Assembly (NCBI RefSeq): GCF_963676685.1
Contig: NC_092355.1
Location: 56,358,001-56,422,000, forward strand
DNA length: 64,000 nt
Origin: Mytilus edulis
Taxonomy: Eukaryota
Reading direction: 5' to 3'
The stretch's first letter is position 1; every line of letters starts with the position of its first letter. Shown here in pieces: positions 27,150-41,149 of this stretch. Under the pieces are notes generated by a model that made no database searches, was not told the DNA's origin, and worked only from the letters and a program-made list of their open reading frames with translations. Made by a program: the position numbers and the translations under genes.

Positions 27150-28669
27150 GGAGGCTCGCGGGTATAAGATTTTCAGAAAAAAATTAGACATTTATTTTTC
27201 ATTACAAATTTTATTAATTACCTTTGGTAGTTGTTACTTTATCATATGGTACAAAAATCATTCCAAAAAATCAATTTGTGTTGGCCCCAGGTGACTTTTA
27301 AAATGTAGATATCATTGAAAAAGCTCAAAATTATTTCCCTTTGGTGCAACAATCCCATTTTTTGGCATTAAAATTGAAATATCTTTTTTAACTCATCGTT
27401 GACCTATATTTTTTATTGCTGTTTTCGAATAAGCTGTACATCAAGTAAATAATTTAAGCGATTTCTGTAATTTAGTTCTTTTTTTATTTCGATATTACCG
27501 CTATTTCTCCTATTAGTTCAACAGAAAAAAAGGACATTAACAAAAATGTATGCTTCTTTCGAAAAAAAAAAAGTAAAAACACAAAAATACTGAACTCCGA
27601 GGAAAATTCAAAAAGGAAAATCAAAAATCAAAAATCAAAAGGCAAAATCAAAAGTCCAAACACATCAAACGAATGGATAACAACTGTCATATTCCTGACT
27701 TGGTACAGGCATTTTCTAATGTAGAAAATGGTGGATTGAACCTGGTTTTATAGCTAGCTAAACCTCTCATTTGTATGACAGTCGCATCAAATTCCATTAC
27801 ATTGTCAACGATGCATGAACAAAACAAACATACTCAAAGAGTAAAAATGTCAAAAATAGGGGTACAACAGTCAATATTGTGTTATCGTCTTAATATCACT
27901 ACATAAACAACAAATGTAACAAAGTAGCACAAAAAGGCATACATCAAATTTAACATTCTCATTTTGATTTTCTTATACGGCTGAATTTATCTATGTAAAG
28001 TCTACCAATAAATGAAAGAAGGTTTTCATTACTGGTGTAAAATTGCGCGTTTGAAATTCGCACAGGTAGACATAAAAATAATTTTGTCGTATGACGGCAT
28101 ACATAAATGCAGACTCACGTAAAGTAGATATAACAAAAAACAGACTTACAGTAAAAATAATAAATAAAATAATGGTGTGGTTCAAAGTATGACGGGACAC
28201 ATAAGTACAGTTTCACGTCAAATACGGCTGAATTTATCTATGTAAAGTCTACCCATAAATGATAGAAGGTTTTCATTACTGCTGTAAAATTGCACGTTTG
28301 AAATTCGCACAGGTAGACATAAAAATTTTGTCGTATGACGCCATACATAAATGCAGACTCACGTAAAGTAGATATAACAAAAAACAGATTTAACAGTAAA
28401 AGTAATAATAATAAATAAAATAATGGTGTGGTTCAAAGTATGACGGGATACATAAGTACAGTTTCACGTCAAATGTATATCATAAAAAACAGACTAAACA
28501 GAAAAAGTAGTCTTATTGAATAAAATAAGGCAGATGGTGAGCGTAAATGAACGGTGACCCCATTTTTTTATTTCATTTTTCTATTAAGTATGAGATAAAG
28601 TTCATGTATAGAAAAATATAGCGAAATCTTATATTAAATAAAAAGTTTGATTAAGACACGCGAGCCCCC
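27150..28669. mobile_element. TTAA-flanked MITE (Kolobok-like GG...CC ends) with a nested insertion
   Basis: TTAA|GGAGGCTCGCGGGT...ACACGCGAGCCCCC|TTAA. Confidence 0.8.
27563..28527 (+). mobile_element. Nested dispersed repeat (AAAGTAAAAACACAAAAATACTGAACTCCGAGG family) with an internal ~250-bp tandem duplication
   Basis: Homologs at 22385-22530, 30240-30630 (reversed) and 31580-31720. 27975-28222 is repeated at 28223-28470. Confidence 0.75.
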
Positions 28670-31253
28670 TTAAACATCATAATCGTTTGTATTACTTAGG
28701 GCGATATTGGTGATTTATACTATGTAACCGCTTGTTATAATTGTATGCTCTTTTATGCCATACATTAATCTTTAAATGTGTCGATATTGATAGTTCTTGG
28801 CTTTTAAATAATCATCTTTGAGTTTTTCTGATGGAGTTTATCCAGATTGTTTTTGTTTTTGGATTGCCGTTGGCTTTTCTATTGTGTGAGGTAGATCATA
28901 ACATGTATCAAAGATAAATTTATTTAAATTACTTTATTAATGATCTCACAAAAGATCAATTTGTTGTATTTAATAAATTCAATATATAGTGTTTAGATAT
29001 CATTTGTAATCTGCTATAATATTTTTACATATTTTTTTTTCGTATCGACATACAACATATAGCACTGACAATTGTTTTTTGAAGAATGTTTCTTTATATT
29101 TTCAAATTATCCTTAGCAAATTTTACTTACAAAATCAATATATTGATAACTATGTCTCTTACACATGCTACAAATTCTGTTTTTGTTACATAGCGTCAAA
29201 ATGTTGTGCATAGTGCTGTTGCTTCAACTATCGAAGATATATGTGTTATATTGCATTTGTTTTCATTTTCATTGCAGTTTTAGACAAAAGTTCAGATCAT
29301 CGATTTGTCTGGGCACGCATAAAAAAGGAGGACAATACTGTATAAATGTCATGGTGCGAAAAGTTTTTCTAGATGAACTCCATCAGAAACGCTTAGAGCC
29401 GAATTTTTAAAAGCCAACAACGTATCAATACCGACACATTTGAAGATTTATTTATGGCATGTTAGAACAAACAATAATAACAAGTACTTACATGGTATGT
29501 TTACCAATAAATACGTCAGATTTCAAAACATTATTAACGTTAAGACATAATTGCTGTCGTAAGAAAAGTTAAATCACAAATAACTCGTCCTTCAGTTTAA
29601 CATTGATAAATGGTTGTAGTGTTACTTCTTGTCTGTAGTAAGTAGCAGATATTTCCAATCGTAATACCGAAGATTGATAAATTAGTTTGCATTTCTTTGA
29701 ACTGATAATCTAGAACCGTTTTATTTGATAATATACAAACAACTGTTATTGATATTTACGAAAACATTGAGGTAAAGATTAACTTATTTGTCAACTGATC
29801 TTTTTAAGGATGGTTCATACGTAACAATGAAAAACAATTATGTTGCTATTGTATCTTTAGTTGTCTTTATTGTTCCTTATTTGTACTTTTGTTTTAAAAT
29901 CTACTTTTTAAACTGTAATAATCTCTTTTTTTTACAAAATGATCAATTGCCTTTGAACAAACGGTGCTGCAATTTAAACAAATATATTCGAATTTCAGTT
30001 CAGACTGGTTAAAATTGAATTTAAAAGAGATTGTTTGTATTGTTTAAATGTTATTCAGGTTTAATTTACAATCTATTCATTCATTGTGTTGCATGTTCTG
30101 TCTTTAGTTAAACCAGATAAGATCAATGTACTGTTTATTACGTCTAACCTAAACTTTCAAAACCGGAAAACACTACAATGATCTCCTAAAATGTAATAGC
30201 AGGATTCATTTATAAATCGTATTATATAAGCAAAATGAGGATGTTAAATTTGATGTATGCCTTTTTGTGCTTCTTTGTTACATTTGTTGTTTTTATAGTG
30301 ATTAAGATGATAACACAATGTTGACTGCTGTACCCCTATTTTTTGACATTTTTACCCATTGTATCTGTTTCTTTTGTTCACGCATCGGTGACAATATAAT
30401 TGAATTCAATGCGACTGTCATACAAGTGAGAGGTTTAGCTAGCTATAAAATCAGGTTCAATCCACCATTTTTTACATTTGAAAATGCCTGTACCAAGTCA
30501 GAAATATGACAGTTCTTGTCCATTCGTTTTTTATGCGTTTTATTATTTGATTTTGCCATGTGATTATGGACTTTCCGAATTGATTTTCGTTTCAGTATTC
30601 AGTATTTTTTGTGATTTTACATTTTTCTATTAGTATCACCCTCCCATTTAATGGAAGGGTTTATGATGGTCAGTCTTTATTTTAATAAGTCGTATTTTGT
30701 TTATTTTTGTACTTTTGTTCGTATGTTGGTTTATTATGTTTTAGCCAGAAAGTAGTCAGTTAATGTTTGACCTCTGATTTCGAATGTTTCGCCCTTCTCC
30801 ATCTTAGGCATTAGTATAACAAAAATAGGTGAACAAATCAAATATGAAATATTTCATTCATCAAAATGTTAAAATGAAGAGCAAAAAAATGTTGTAGTGA
30901 AATTAAACTTTTTCATGGGTGAACCAAACATTATGTGTTTTATAATTTTATATAAGACTCAGGGATTACTATTTACATTGTAGAAAAACCAGTCCCGTAG
31001 TAGTAGGTAGTTTTTTACAGCCTCAACATGCTCAACTGACGAGCATATTCATAATTGGCTAACGCTGCAATGGTCAAAGAAGCAGATGCGTTATTTCATC
31101 ACGCAGTAACATTTATGATGACAAGTACCAAAAATATGTAACTGACATATATAATTCAAATTCAAATTTATTTAGGCTATCCTGTTCACCTCTAAGTAAA
31201 TTTCATATCAATGTTTACTTTATAATATGAGGAGAAAAAAGGATAAACCTTAC

Positions 31254-31582
31254 GGTCGATGCCTCTGCTTGTGGACGTTTCGTCCCCGAGGGTATCACCA
31301 GCCCAGTGTGTTGACATGAATATCAATTATGTGGTCATTTTTTTTAATTTCCTGTTTACAAAACTTTGAATTTTTCGAAAAAAGTAAGGATTTTCTTATC
31401 CTAGGCATAGATTACCTTAGCCGTATTTGGCACAATTTTTTTGAATTTTGGATCCTCAATGCTCTTCAACTTTTATTTGTTTGGTTTATAACTATTTTGA
31501 TATGAGCGTCACTGATGAGTCTTATGTAGACGAAACGCGCGTCTGTCGTACTTAATTATAATCCTGGTACCTTTGATAACTA
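31254..31582 (+). ncRNA. Mytilus-type retrozyme monomer with a minimal type I hammerhead (core ~31506-31549)
   Basis: GCGTCA-CTGATGA-GTCT tatgt AGAC-GAAA-C gcgc G-TC-TGTCGT: canonical core, palindromic GCGC loop III and GUC triplet, within a ~330-bp body shared with 39795-40025 and 43020-43275. Confidence 0.85.
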
Positions 31583-33199
31583 CTTACCGAACTCCAACTG
31601 AAGATAAAGGTAAAATAGGGAAGTTCATGAAACTGCCCGAATCAATCGTTATCAACCAGCTGAAGGAGTGTAAAATACATGTAACTGCCTTATTCCTGAC
31701 TTGGTACAGAAATTTCCTTTATCTTAAATTCAGGAAAGATTCAAGAAAGCAGAGTATAAATGTGATAGAAAGAAAATGTCTGGTCAGTGCTCCCTTATAT
31801 CATTTCCATGGAAACATATTCATCAAATGTGATTGCTAGCATAACAGAGTTTAATTTCAATATTTGGTCAATTGGTTGGAAAATGTTGTTTTTAATGCAT
31901 CTCAAAGGGAAACTTTATTTACAAATTTGTAATAAAAAACTAGATATAGGCAAGTCCGTTTGTACCATGATATATAATATGTTAAAGTTCAGATATCAAT
32001 GTGTTTGGCTGTAATATTTTCAAAGACGAAATTTCTAGAGTTGTTCTTCTGTATCTTTCACGACTACCATTCGATTTAAAATTATGGTTAATTTAAAATC
32101 GATACAGTATTGGTATGTTCAATTTAAAAAAAAATAGATTAAATAAAATAAATTAGTTTTAATCTTTTGATGATTATTCATGTTAATAATATCTTTAACT
32201 TGTAGTAAAGATGGTAGCCAATCTCCCACGTTGTATATCCATGCTACCAATTATTATAAGTATGGTAATGATAATTGTAAATGCTAGTATCTATGTCAAC
32301 CGTGCATGTAACTTTAAAAATGTCCATCGTAAAAAAAATGGTCAATGATTTACTTATTGAATATCCAAGAAAAGTATTATAGACAATAGTTCAATAAACA
32401 ATTGAACTTATTTTCGCTTTAAATGGTTAACTATTAACTATTATGAATTTAAAAATTATATGTGACGTATTTTGTGGTAAATAGATATAGAAAGATGTAG
32501 TATGAGTGCCAATGAGACGACTCTCTATCCAAATCAAAATTTATAAAAATTAACCATTATAGGTCAAGGTCATTATAAAGTCTGACTTGCAATAGTCAAT
32601 CATGCAGGAATTGTATTATTACGCAAATAATTATATACAGTGAAGGTTACAAGTATATGTTAATGGCACATTGGCATGTAGGACGAATGAAAATATTTTT
32701 ATGACACATCATTTGTTATTCCTTTCTGTAGTTTGAACCTGGTAAACGGTTACACCTTCGCATTTTTGAAAGTGCATTTATCTTCTAATTTGTATTCATG
32801 TAGTAAATCATAAAAAACCTTCAGCAGGAAAAAGGTGATTTAAAAACTCAGGTGTCAATAAAATAAAATGCATCAATTACTGCTCTTGTGCATTAGATAT
32901 ACACACCGTTATATCGTTTACGTGGAAATGCTCACTATATCATCTCTACATTACTGATATACATCAAACTATATAACTAAAAAAAGAAGAAGAATGATTT
33001 GTACTGACCTTCATCTACTATAACAATGTAGATGAGAATTTGTTAGTCCATAAGTGACCAATGCATCATGCAGAGTAATAATCTAATTGAAAAGGGAAAT
33101 AAGATTGGGCATTCAAGCAAATGATTTTGTTCTAAATTATCTGTTATATCATGAACAATTGATATACTACATAATATATCAGCGGATTTGTAATCAAAT

Positions 33200-33627
33200 A
33201 AGCAACCAAAATTTTCTACTGACCGAACCTTGACTTTGTATTACCTATATATGCGTTTGTCTTTTATTTCTAGGAACACTCATCTAAATCTTTCTGAATA
33301 AGGTTTTCAAATTAACTACTCAAACAATCACTTCTCGACAATGTACTATGTTTTTCGATTTCACGGTTATATAATGTAGTTCAGAGCGTCTTTGTTCATT
33401 GTATTGGTGATGGTCATCTTTAATAACATGAATAAAACATAACGAGTAATGCAAAGTTTGATGAAATGATAGAATACAAAAGGGGATATTCTTTTCGATG
33501 CTTTTCAATCTCATAACATTGTCCAGCATTTTTCTGTTGTTTTAAAAGATATTATAAAGTTAAGCAGATACATATCAAAATGTTTAGATAATTGCTCAAA
33601 AGCGTTGAGGATTATTTTATGACTATT
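33200..33627 (-). pseudogene. Decayed paralogous block, copy B (recent inverted copy of 23666-24080)
   Basis: ORFs 23764..23976(+) and 33320..33529(-) are near-identical translations, and both copies share the same Spy MITE junction. Confidence 0.35.
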
Positions 33628-33630
33628 AAA

Positions 33631-33811
33631 GGAGTAGGTTCGGTAAGGGCCATATTTAACCCAAATTAGTTCATAGTTACAAGACAATAAATGTTTTAAG
33701 TTGCCTTAAAGACACGAGAGAAAGTTGAACAGAACGGTTTTTGTCAAAGTTAAATTCTAACACGTTGATTTTTACATCCTTCAAAGGTTAAGACATATGA
33801 TTTTGGTGAAA
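33631..33811. mobile_element. Truncated Spy-type MITE (inverted copy of the right end of 23092-23662)
   Basis: AAA|GGAGTAGGTTCGGTAAGGGCC, reverse-complement match to 23480-23662, interrupted at its internal AAA|TTT. Confidence 0.8.
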
Positions 33812-34952
33812 GGAGTATGGCCACGAAGTGCCAATATTGGCCCTGTGAGGTGACAAAAAATAAAAGTCAAATAAGGTAGATCCTTTATAGATAAAAAATA
33901 TTTATGTATATTGTTATTTTTTATTATAGTATTAAATCATATTTTTGTGACGTCATTAATGTGACGTAATACCCGGAATCGAACCGGAACGCTCAAAATG
34001 TCCAAAATTCTAATGAATTTCACACTTCCTGGTTGAAATTCGCATTGGCCACAGGCCTCGACCAAAGTAATTTTTCTGACATTTTGATTGTTTGACATTT
34101 TGATTCAGTTTGCAATAATGTTTAGCGTGGTCGAGTCCTGTGGCCACATCGAAAATCTTACTTTTGTTAACAAGCAAATCCTGATTCAACGCCGCCATTT
34201 CCGAGATACATTAAATTTTCTTACGAATAACTGTACCAATAACTTGTATAATATCGCTATCCATAAACGTGATACATAGAAATAAATTCTAATTGGTTGA
34301 AATAAATATAACTGTGAATTTGTAAATTGTTTTAACGATCATTTCCACGTTATTTGTAATAACTAGCCCTATACTGCGCATAGTTGAAACAAAAAAAAGG
34401 AAAGTTTTTATAGATAGATCCTACACAATTTAAAAATGTTGTTTTATAAAGACGAAATCGTTGAAATATAAACTTCATTGAATGTACAATCTAATGTTGA
34501 CGTTTCACCAAAGAAGTGCTTTCTTTCACGTCCGTATTTTCTATCGAGTATGGCATGCCAAGTTAACATTTTTTTGAAATACATACTCCGGAAGGTGAAA
34601 ACAAATAACAACATTATGAACAATAATTTACATTGAAAATCGTAGGACAAAACACATAAGAAATCACGTGAGAATTTGTATATCATATTGCGCAGTGGTT
34701 GAATAAGCTTTTCAATATTATTTTTCATAAAGATTTAAAAAAAACGATGCCTTATTACGAGGAGGGCATGGTGTAAACTATCCGTGACATTCAGCTAGAA
34801 TAATATTTGTTTAATATTGAAAACTGAAATAAAGGTGAAACAAAACTATGACATAGTTTGTGTAACATCAAAGAAATATCTGATAGACACCCAGGATAGC
34901 ACGTATATAATTGGTCAGAATGCATACAAAGAGATTTTTTTATTTTGTCCCT
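33812..34952. mobile_element. Second Spy-like element inserted in the MITE; right end not clearly recovered
   Basis: Starts AAA|GGAGTATGGCCACG. The subterminal GGTGACAAAAAATAAAAGTC has an approximate inverted partner near 34933-34952. Confidence 0.5.
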
Positions 34953-36592
34953 TTTGGGGGGTCTCTTTTAAATTTGGGTGAGACTGCTACAAGTGACCAA
35001 CAAAAATGGCTGCTTACTATATATTTTTAAATTTCCGGCTTTTGTGGAGACCCAAGCTTCGTGTTGAATCTGTAGTTACCTGTTTTTAACTATAATTTGC
35101 TGTTGTTGTTTTTACTTTTGTCGCTTCTATATGTTCATGTCGTTGTATGATTTTATTGGTCTTATGATGCTTTATTCCACCCCTTTCTTTTCTCTTATTA
35201 TCAATGATAACACATTCAATTTCTTGTTTCCTGTGTGAAATAAATTCTCTTAAATGCTCTCCGTCATAAATATATGCATAAAGTATTTGCTACTAGACGT
35301 TGACAAAACAACTATGAATCATATCTCAGCTAAATCTAAAAGCACTATAATGAATAAAGTATAATAAAATAAACAATTCACTTTTTTGGGAAAAAAATAA
35401 AGGAATATTGGAAATCAAAGAAAACCACCATTTTATTAAAATGTGTTGTTTGTTTCATGATTATGGATGACTATTTAACGTCCAGCGCAAGTTAAATGCA
35501 TGTTCTGGCAGAGAACTTGAACATGTTAATTTGCACACATTGGATAATATGTATACTCTAGAATTTAGGAAATACAGGACATAATCTGGACATCACACAT
35601 GGAGTCCAGAATTGAGGAGCTTCTCTTGAAAATGCAGCATGCCGTAGACAAAAGTGAAAATTGGCAGAGTGCAGTTGAAGAATACTATATTAATTTTATC
35701 ATTGTTAGGTTACTGTCACATTGGCGTGCATCTGAGAAATAGTTCACAGTATTATAATTAAAGTTATAGATAATACATTACTTGAATGAACGCAACTTAA
35801 TTACATATACTTATGTGGTTACAATCAATGCCAAATAAAAATAAACCTGATATTCATGGATTTGTATTAGTTTTAAAATGAATTCATGCATGTCATTTGG
35901 TATCTGGTTGAAAGTTGTCTTTTTTTGCAACAATATCTGATTAACTTCTTCTCATTTTCATACGGATTGAGACATGAATCTGTTGAATTTAACTAAATGA
36001 TAATAAGACTAATTATAACAAAGTACACTAGAACTTTTTTTCGAGATAAGAATCATACTCATCGATTCGACTCAATTTAATACTCATATTCGACTGATGA
36101 CATACAAAAAAGTGCATCCTTATTTTAAAAAAAAACGTAAAATAAGCAATTTACTTTGCATAGAGTCGATAGTATAAATCAGAATTTCGTGAGTATTTTA
36201 TTCTAGACGCAATCTGATAAATCAGCGAGGCGAACTTCCGAATACTGCCGACGGTCATTTAACGATATCAACATAAAACATAGATATAGATAGATATAAC
36301 ACTCGTGTTATTGGATTTTTTTTCTAAGTCTGTTTGATTTTCTATGTAGGTTTTAACGGCATAACAATGAGTTTTTGTAGATCCATTCAGTCAACCAAAT
36401 GGTTTCCCCTTATTTCACTTCCAATGTTAACATTGAATTTCTATTTTTTTTTTTATTTCTGAGCACGTCTAGTTTATGCGTAACCCATCTCTTAAACTAA
36501 GGAATTCAATTGACGTTCTCATGATTATGGATTTAATGAGGTCGAATTATCCACTTGCTAATGCCATTTAACGATATCACGATTTATAAATT

Positions 36593-37550
36593 AACAAGAG
36601 TGCACACGCTGAAGTGTTCCGCCTTCTTTTCTAATCATTGATATTATGTTGATAGTCCTAAATATAAAGCTTTATTACAACTGTCACATAAAGTTTACAT
36701 AACCAAGAAAACTAAACATTGACCAATAAACCAGGAAAATGGGGTCAAGGTCAGATGAACCATGCCAGGCAGGCATGTACAGCTAACGATTCTTCCATAC
36801 AACAAATATAGTTGACAAATTGCTTACAAGAAAAACAGACCAAAACACAAAAACTTAACACTAAGCAATGAACCGTGAAAATGCGGTCAAGGTCAAATTA
36901 AACATGCACGACTGACATAAAGATCATAAAATATTTCCAAACACCAAATATAGTTTACCAATGGCATATACATGTGTAGTATGTACCAATTAAATACCAA
37001 AATTCAAACACGTAACCTTGATCACTGAACCATGAAAATCAGGTCAAGGTCAGATGACACCTGCCAGCTAGACATGTGCACCGTACAATCATTCCATTCA
37101 CCAAATATGGTAGACCTATTGCCTACAGTATAATAAAAACAGACCAAAACACAAAAAATTAACTACAACCACTGGACCAAGAAAATGAGGTCAAGGTCAG
37201 ATGACACCTACCAGTTGGACATGTACACCTTTAAGACCTTCCATACATCTAATATACTAGACCTTTTGCGTATATTATCTGAGATATGGACTTGACCACC
37301 AAAGCCTATAATAACCTTGTTCACTGATCGATGAAATGAGGTGGAGGTCAAGTGAAAACTGTCTGGCGGGCATAAGGACCTTGGACGCACATACCAAATA
37401 TATTTATCCTATTACTTATAATAAGAAAGAATTTAACATTACAAAAAATCTTAACTTTATTCAAGAAGTCCCTGAACCATGAAAATGAGGTCAAAGAAAT
37501 TGGACATGTGACTGACGGAAACTTGGTAACATGAGGCATCAACAACAATA
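36593..37550 (+). mobile_element. Helentron/HINE-like element with internal ~150-bp tandem repeats
   Basis: Starts AACAAGAGTGCACACGCTGAA. The AAAATGAGGTCAAGGTCA motif recurs at about 36737, 36878, 37035, 37182, 37333 and 37482. Confidence 0.65.
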
Positions 37551-37559
37551 TTTCACACA

Positions 37560-39320
37560 AAATGGAATAATATGTTATTAATATAAGTATAAAGGAATGT
37601 TCATTTTTCATATGAAAAATTCAGGTTGACGGATAAACCAATTGACGCCAATATCATGGAATCAATCGTTTGCAAAAACTGTTCTTAAACATTACGTTCT
37701 TCAGTTTTGATATTCATTACATTATAAGGACTAGGAAACAATTGTAATATAAAGCATTCAATATTTTAGTGATGTCGTCCGACCTGTAGCGATGAAAATG
37801 ATCACAAACTACTTGTGTGTACAGGTTAAGTCAGAGAACGTAGTTATATTGTCAATGAGACAATTCTCCAATGCACTACAGATAAATTAAAATTTTACAA
37901 CTATAAGTAGCCGTGTGACCTTCAAAAATTAGTAAGCCCACGCCGCATTACTAAGAAAATATGTATAAGTTATAAAGTCATTCGACGATTGCTTCATCAG
38001 AACGTTATTTGTGCATTCACTCGGCATTATTGTTTTTTGTTTGTATATTCGTTTGCATGACAACAATTATATGTTCTAACAATGAACCTTCCTGGAAAAA
38101 TTGTAAAACCACTCTACAAGGTGTTTTTATAAATAATCATCTCAGTCGGGGCCTTCTTTGGTCTTAGAATACAATAGCGTGTACAATACTCAGCGACTAG
38201 AAATGTTTATCTTAGCAGATTTTTATAAGACAAAATACAATTATACATAAACAACATTTCCTCCTGGAAGAGCCTTGACTTTGTCTTAATTATATTTTTG
38301 TTAGTTGTTTCCAGGAACAATAATTAATGTCCTTCCGAATAAGGTTTCTAAATTTACTACTCATGAAACCACTTTACGATGTTTTTCGATTGCACAGTTA
38401 TATAGTTCTGATAGTGATTGTCCATTTTATTGGTGATTGTCACCTTTAATAAATCATTACGAGTTCTGTAAATGTTGATGAAATGAAAGAGTGAAAAAGG
38501 GAATATTCTTCTCGATGCTTTTCATTCGCACTAAGTTGTATTCCATGTTTTAGTTTTTTTTTAGGATTCTATTTAAGTTAAAAAGATTAAGCTCAAATTC
38601 ATCATATGATCGTTCATAAGCGTAGAAGTTTGTTTAAGAGATTATATAGAATAAGAGTTACTGAGAGCCGTGGTGTAGTGGTTAGTGCCTTACTATTAAC
38701 ACAAAGGTTCCTGTTCGATTCCTGGTCGGGATGAAAAGTTCAGGGACTGCATTTTCGGCTCTCCCTTGACACCATTTGCTAGAATGGTCTGGAGGAAACG
38801 ATGATAGATCGTCGGAAGGGGACGATAAATGGCTGACCCGTTTTAAGAGAGAGCCATATTTCTTGCACGTAGAAGACACCCTGGTAGATTTCGAAAAGGA
38901 ACAGGCTAATTCCGTTACAAGGCAGTAGTCGCACCCGCGAAAGGAAAAGTGGAAAGGGATTAATATAAGTTGCAAAACTTGTTTCCCAATTCACTATAAA
39001 TACATATGTTTAAATTAAATTAAATTAAAAGTTCTAAGCAAAACTTTAAGGTTTTTCATGACTCTCTTGAAAGCATTTCAAAGAACATGATACAGTCATA
39101 ATGAAATATTTAGCAACCTATTATTGTTGGTTATCATTATGTACTCTCATAATTATAATATGTATGTTCAAACATTCCCTGAGTTATATGTATATCAACA
39201 TATCATGATTTACATAAAAAATGACCTTTTTTACGGTGATAAAAAGGGTTCTTTAAATGATGTTTTGAATACATCAGAATGTGCGCAGTTATTTATACTA
39301 TTTGAATTGCTTCAACCATT
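37560..39320 (-). pseudogene. Decayed paralogous block, copy C
   Basis: Homologous to 41150-42560 (direct) and 22560-24620 (inverted). Interrupted by a repeat at ~37835-37960 and by the SINE at 38664. Confidence 0.35.
38664..39030 (+). mobile_element. tRNA-derived SINE (Nin/Deu-domain-like body)
   Basis: A box TGGTGTAGTGG, B box GTTCGATTCC, central GGGGACGATAAATGG...TTGCACGTAGAAGACACCC, and a (TTAAA)n tail. Confidence 0.85.
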
Positions 39321-39584
39321 ATTATAATCGATACGGAATAACTAATATCTATGATTAACCGTGCGTCTAAACAGCACTTAACCCTTGCAATGCCAAGACC
39401 AAAATTCAAAATTACCAAGACGTTAGAAAAGTAACAATATTTCGACGTCATCGATAATTTCAGCTTTTCAATGTTCACGTTCCTACCGCATTTGATCTTC
39501 TTTCTCCATGCATAGGAAGCATCATATTTATTCATTACACGCTGAAAGTATTGAGTATGGTTGAGGAGATTCTGGGGGTAATGA

Positions 39585-39787
39585 ACATGTGGAGCAGGAT
39601 CTGATTACCCGTCCGGAGCACCTGAGATCTCCCCTAGTTTTTGGTGGGGTTCGTGTTGTTTATTCTTTAGTTTTCTATGTTGTGTCATGTGTACTGTTGT
39701 GTTTTTATTTGTCGTTTCATTTTTAGCCATGGCGTTGTCTGTTTATTTTCGATTTGTGAGTCTCTGGTATCTTTCGTCCCTCTTTTA
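39585..39787 (+). mobile_element. PLE 3'-tail fragment
   Basis: GGAGCAGGATCTGATTACCCGTCCGGAGCACCTGAGATC...TCTGGTATCTTTCGTCCCTCTTTT, homologous to 2050-2260. Confidence 0.75.
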
Positions 39788-39794
39788 CAATCAC

Positions 39795-40025
39795 TGTTGT
39801 TTACCAAACTTTAGAATTTTTGAAATACTAAGTCTTTTCTACGTCAGGAATATATAATCTTAGCTGTATTTGGCCAAATTTTAATTTTGATCCTCAATGC
39901 TATTCAACTTCGTATTTCATTTGGACTTTTACTTTTTGATTTGAGCGCCACTGATGAATCTTTTGTAGACGAAATGTGCGTCTGGCGAAAACACAAAATT
40001 TAAGCCTGGTATCTTTAATGAGTTT
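39795..40025 (+). ncRNA. Degenerate retrozyme fragment with hammerhead (~39945-39987)
   Basis: GCGCCA-CTGATGA-ATCT tttgt AGAC-GAAA-TGTGCG-TC-TGGCG. The first stem II pair is broken, so it is probably impaired. Confidence 0.7.
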
Positions 40026-41149
40026 TCTATACAAGAAAAAAAAGAAGATATAAACATAGAAAATTTATAAAGAATCAAATCTACTTCTTTTTTACATATA
40101 TTAAATCATTATACAGTCCGGCTTCAATTAAATTCATAAACTGAATTTCTTATCTAGCTCATTAAATCTGCACACAAAGTTACAACGTGTCCGCGGAAAT
40201 GCAAAATACAGCACGTTATTAATAATCTACAATAAAATATGTAATTAAAAATGGAGAAAAAGAAATCACTTTGTATTGACCGACATCAACTACACAGATA
40301 CTGATTGGAATTTGTTAGTCCATAAGTGACCAATAAATCATGCAAAATTATAATCAAAATATTATAATATGGAACATCAATTGATCTGTCAGACATTTGC
40401 AATTTTCTAATATTAGGAAGAGTCGGTATACTACATAATCCATCAGCGATCTTCTGTAAAAGTGAGACAAATACGAAAAATACATTCAAAGTCCAAAATT
40501 AACCGAGAGCGCCATGAATAAAACAAGAAGAAAAAAACACAAACAGACAATCAACAATACACAAAACAAAACATAGAAAACTAAAGATGGAGTAACACGA
40601 ACACAACCTAACACAACCTTCTTTTTTATATATATACAACCTAAATCCACGGGTGATATCAGCTCCTGCTACTTGTGTGGCAGTCGTTGTGTTGCTCATG
40701 TAAGCGCAGAGTTAGTGAGAAAATAGCAGATCATTGTTTCAACTAAGATGCATATGTCACTTGAATATCCGAACTCCCACTGTGATATCGATGTTGTACA
40801 ACTAAAATCATCTCTTATGTTATGGTAATATTGTTCTACTACTACTATAAATAGGTATTCAAACGTACTAATATCGTATATAGTAGAGATAGATGAAGCT
40901 ATAATTTATTTCCATACTATTTTAATTCGTTCCTGACGTGTTACAACATTTGAATATCCCATCTAAGCGTTACGATAAAAGAAAAATAGCGACTTTTTGA
41001 TAGGTTCTTCATTACCGAATACATTTAAAGAAGTCAAAAAATGTATAATTGTAAACTGTGATGGGGGAAATATAGAAGACCAGAGGAATATTTTATAGGA
41101 TTGTAATTTTCATTTTTTACGTTGTATGTTGAATATCATACGAAAAACT

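Noticed and set aside
38664-38735. tRNA gene
   Set aside because: A and B boxes continue into a SINE body and tail, there is a second copy at ~14 kb, and no complete cloverleaf.
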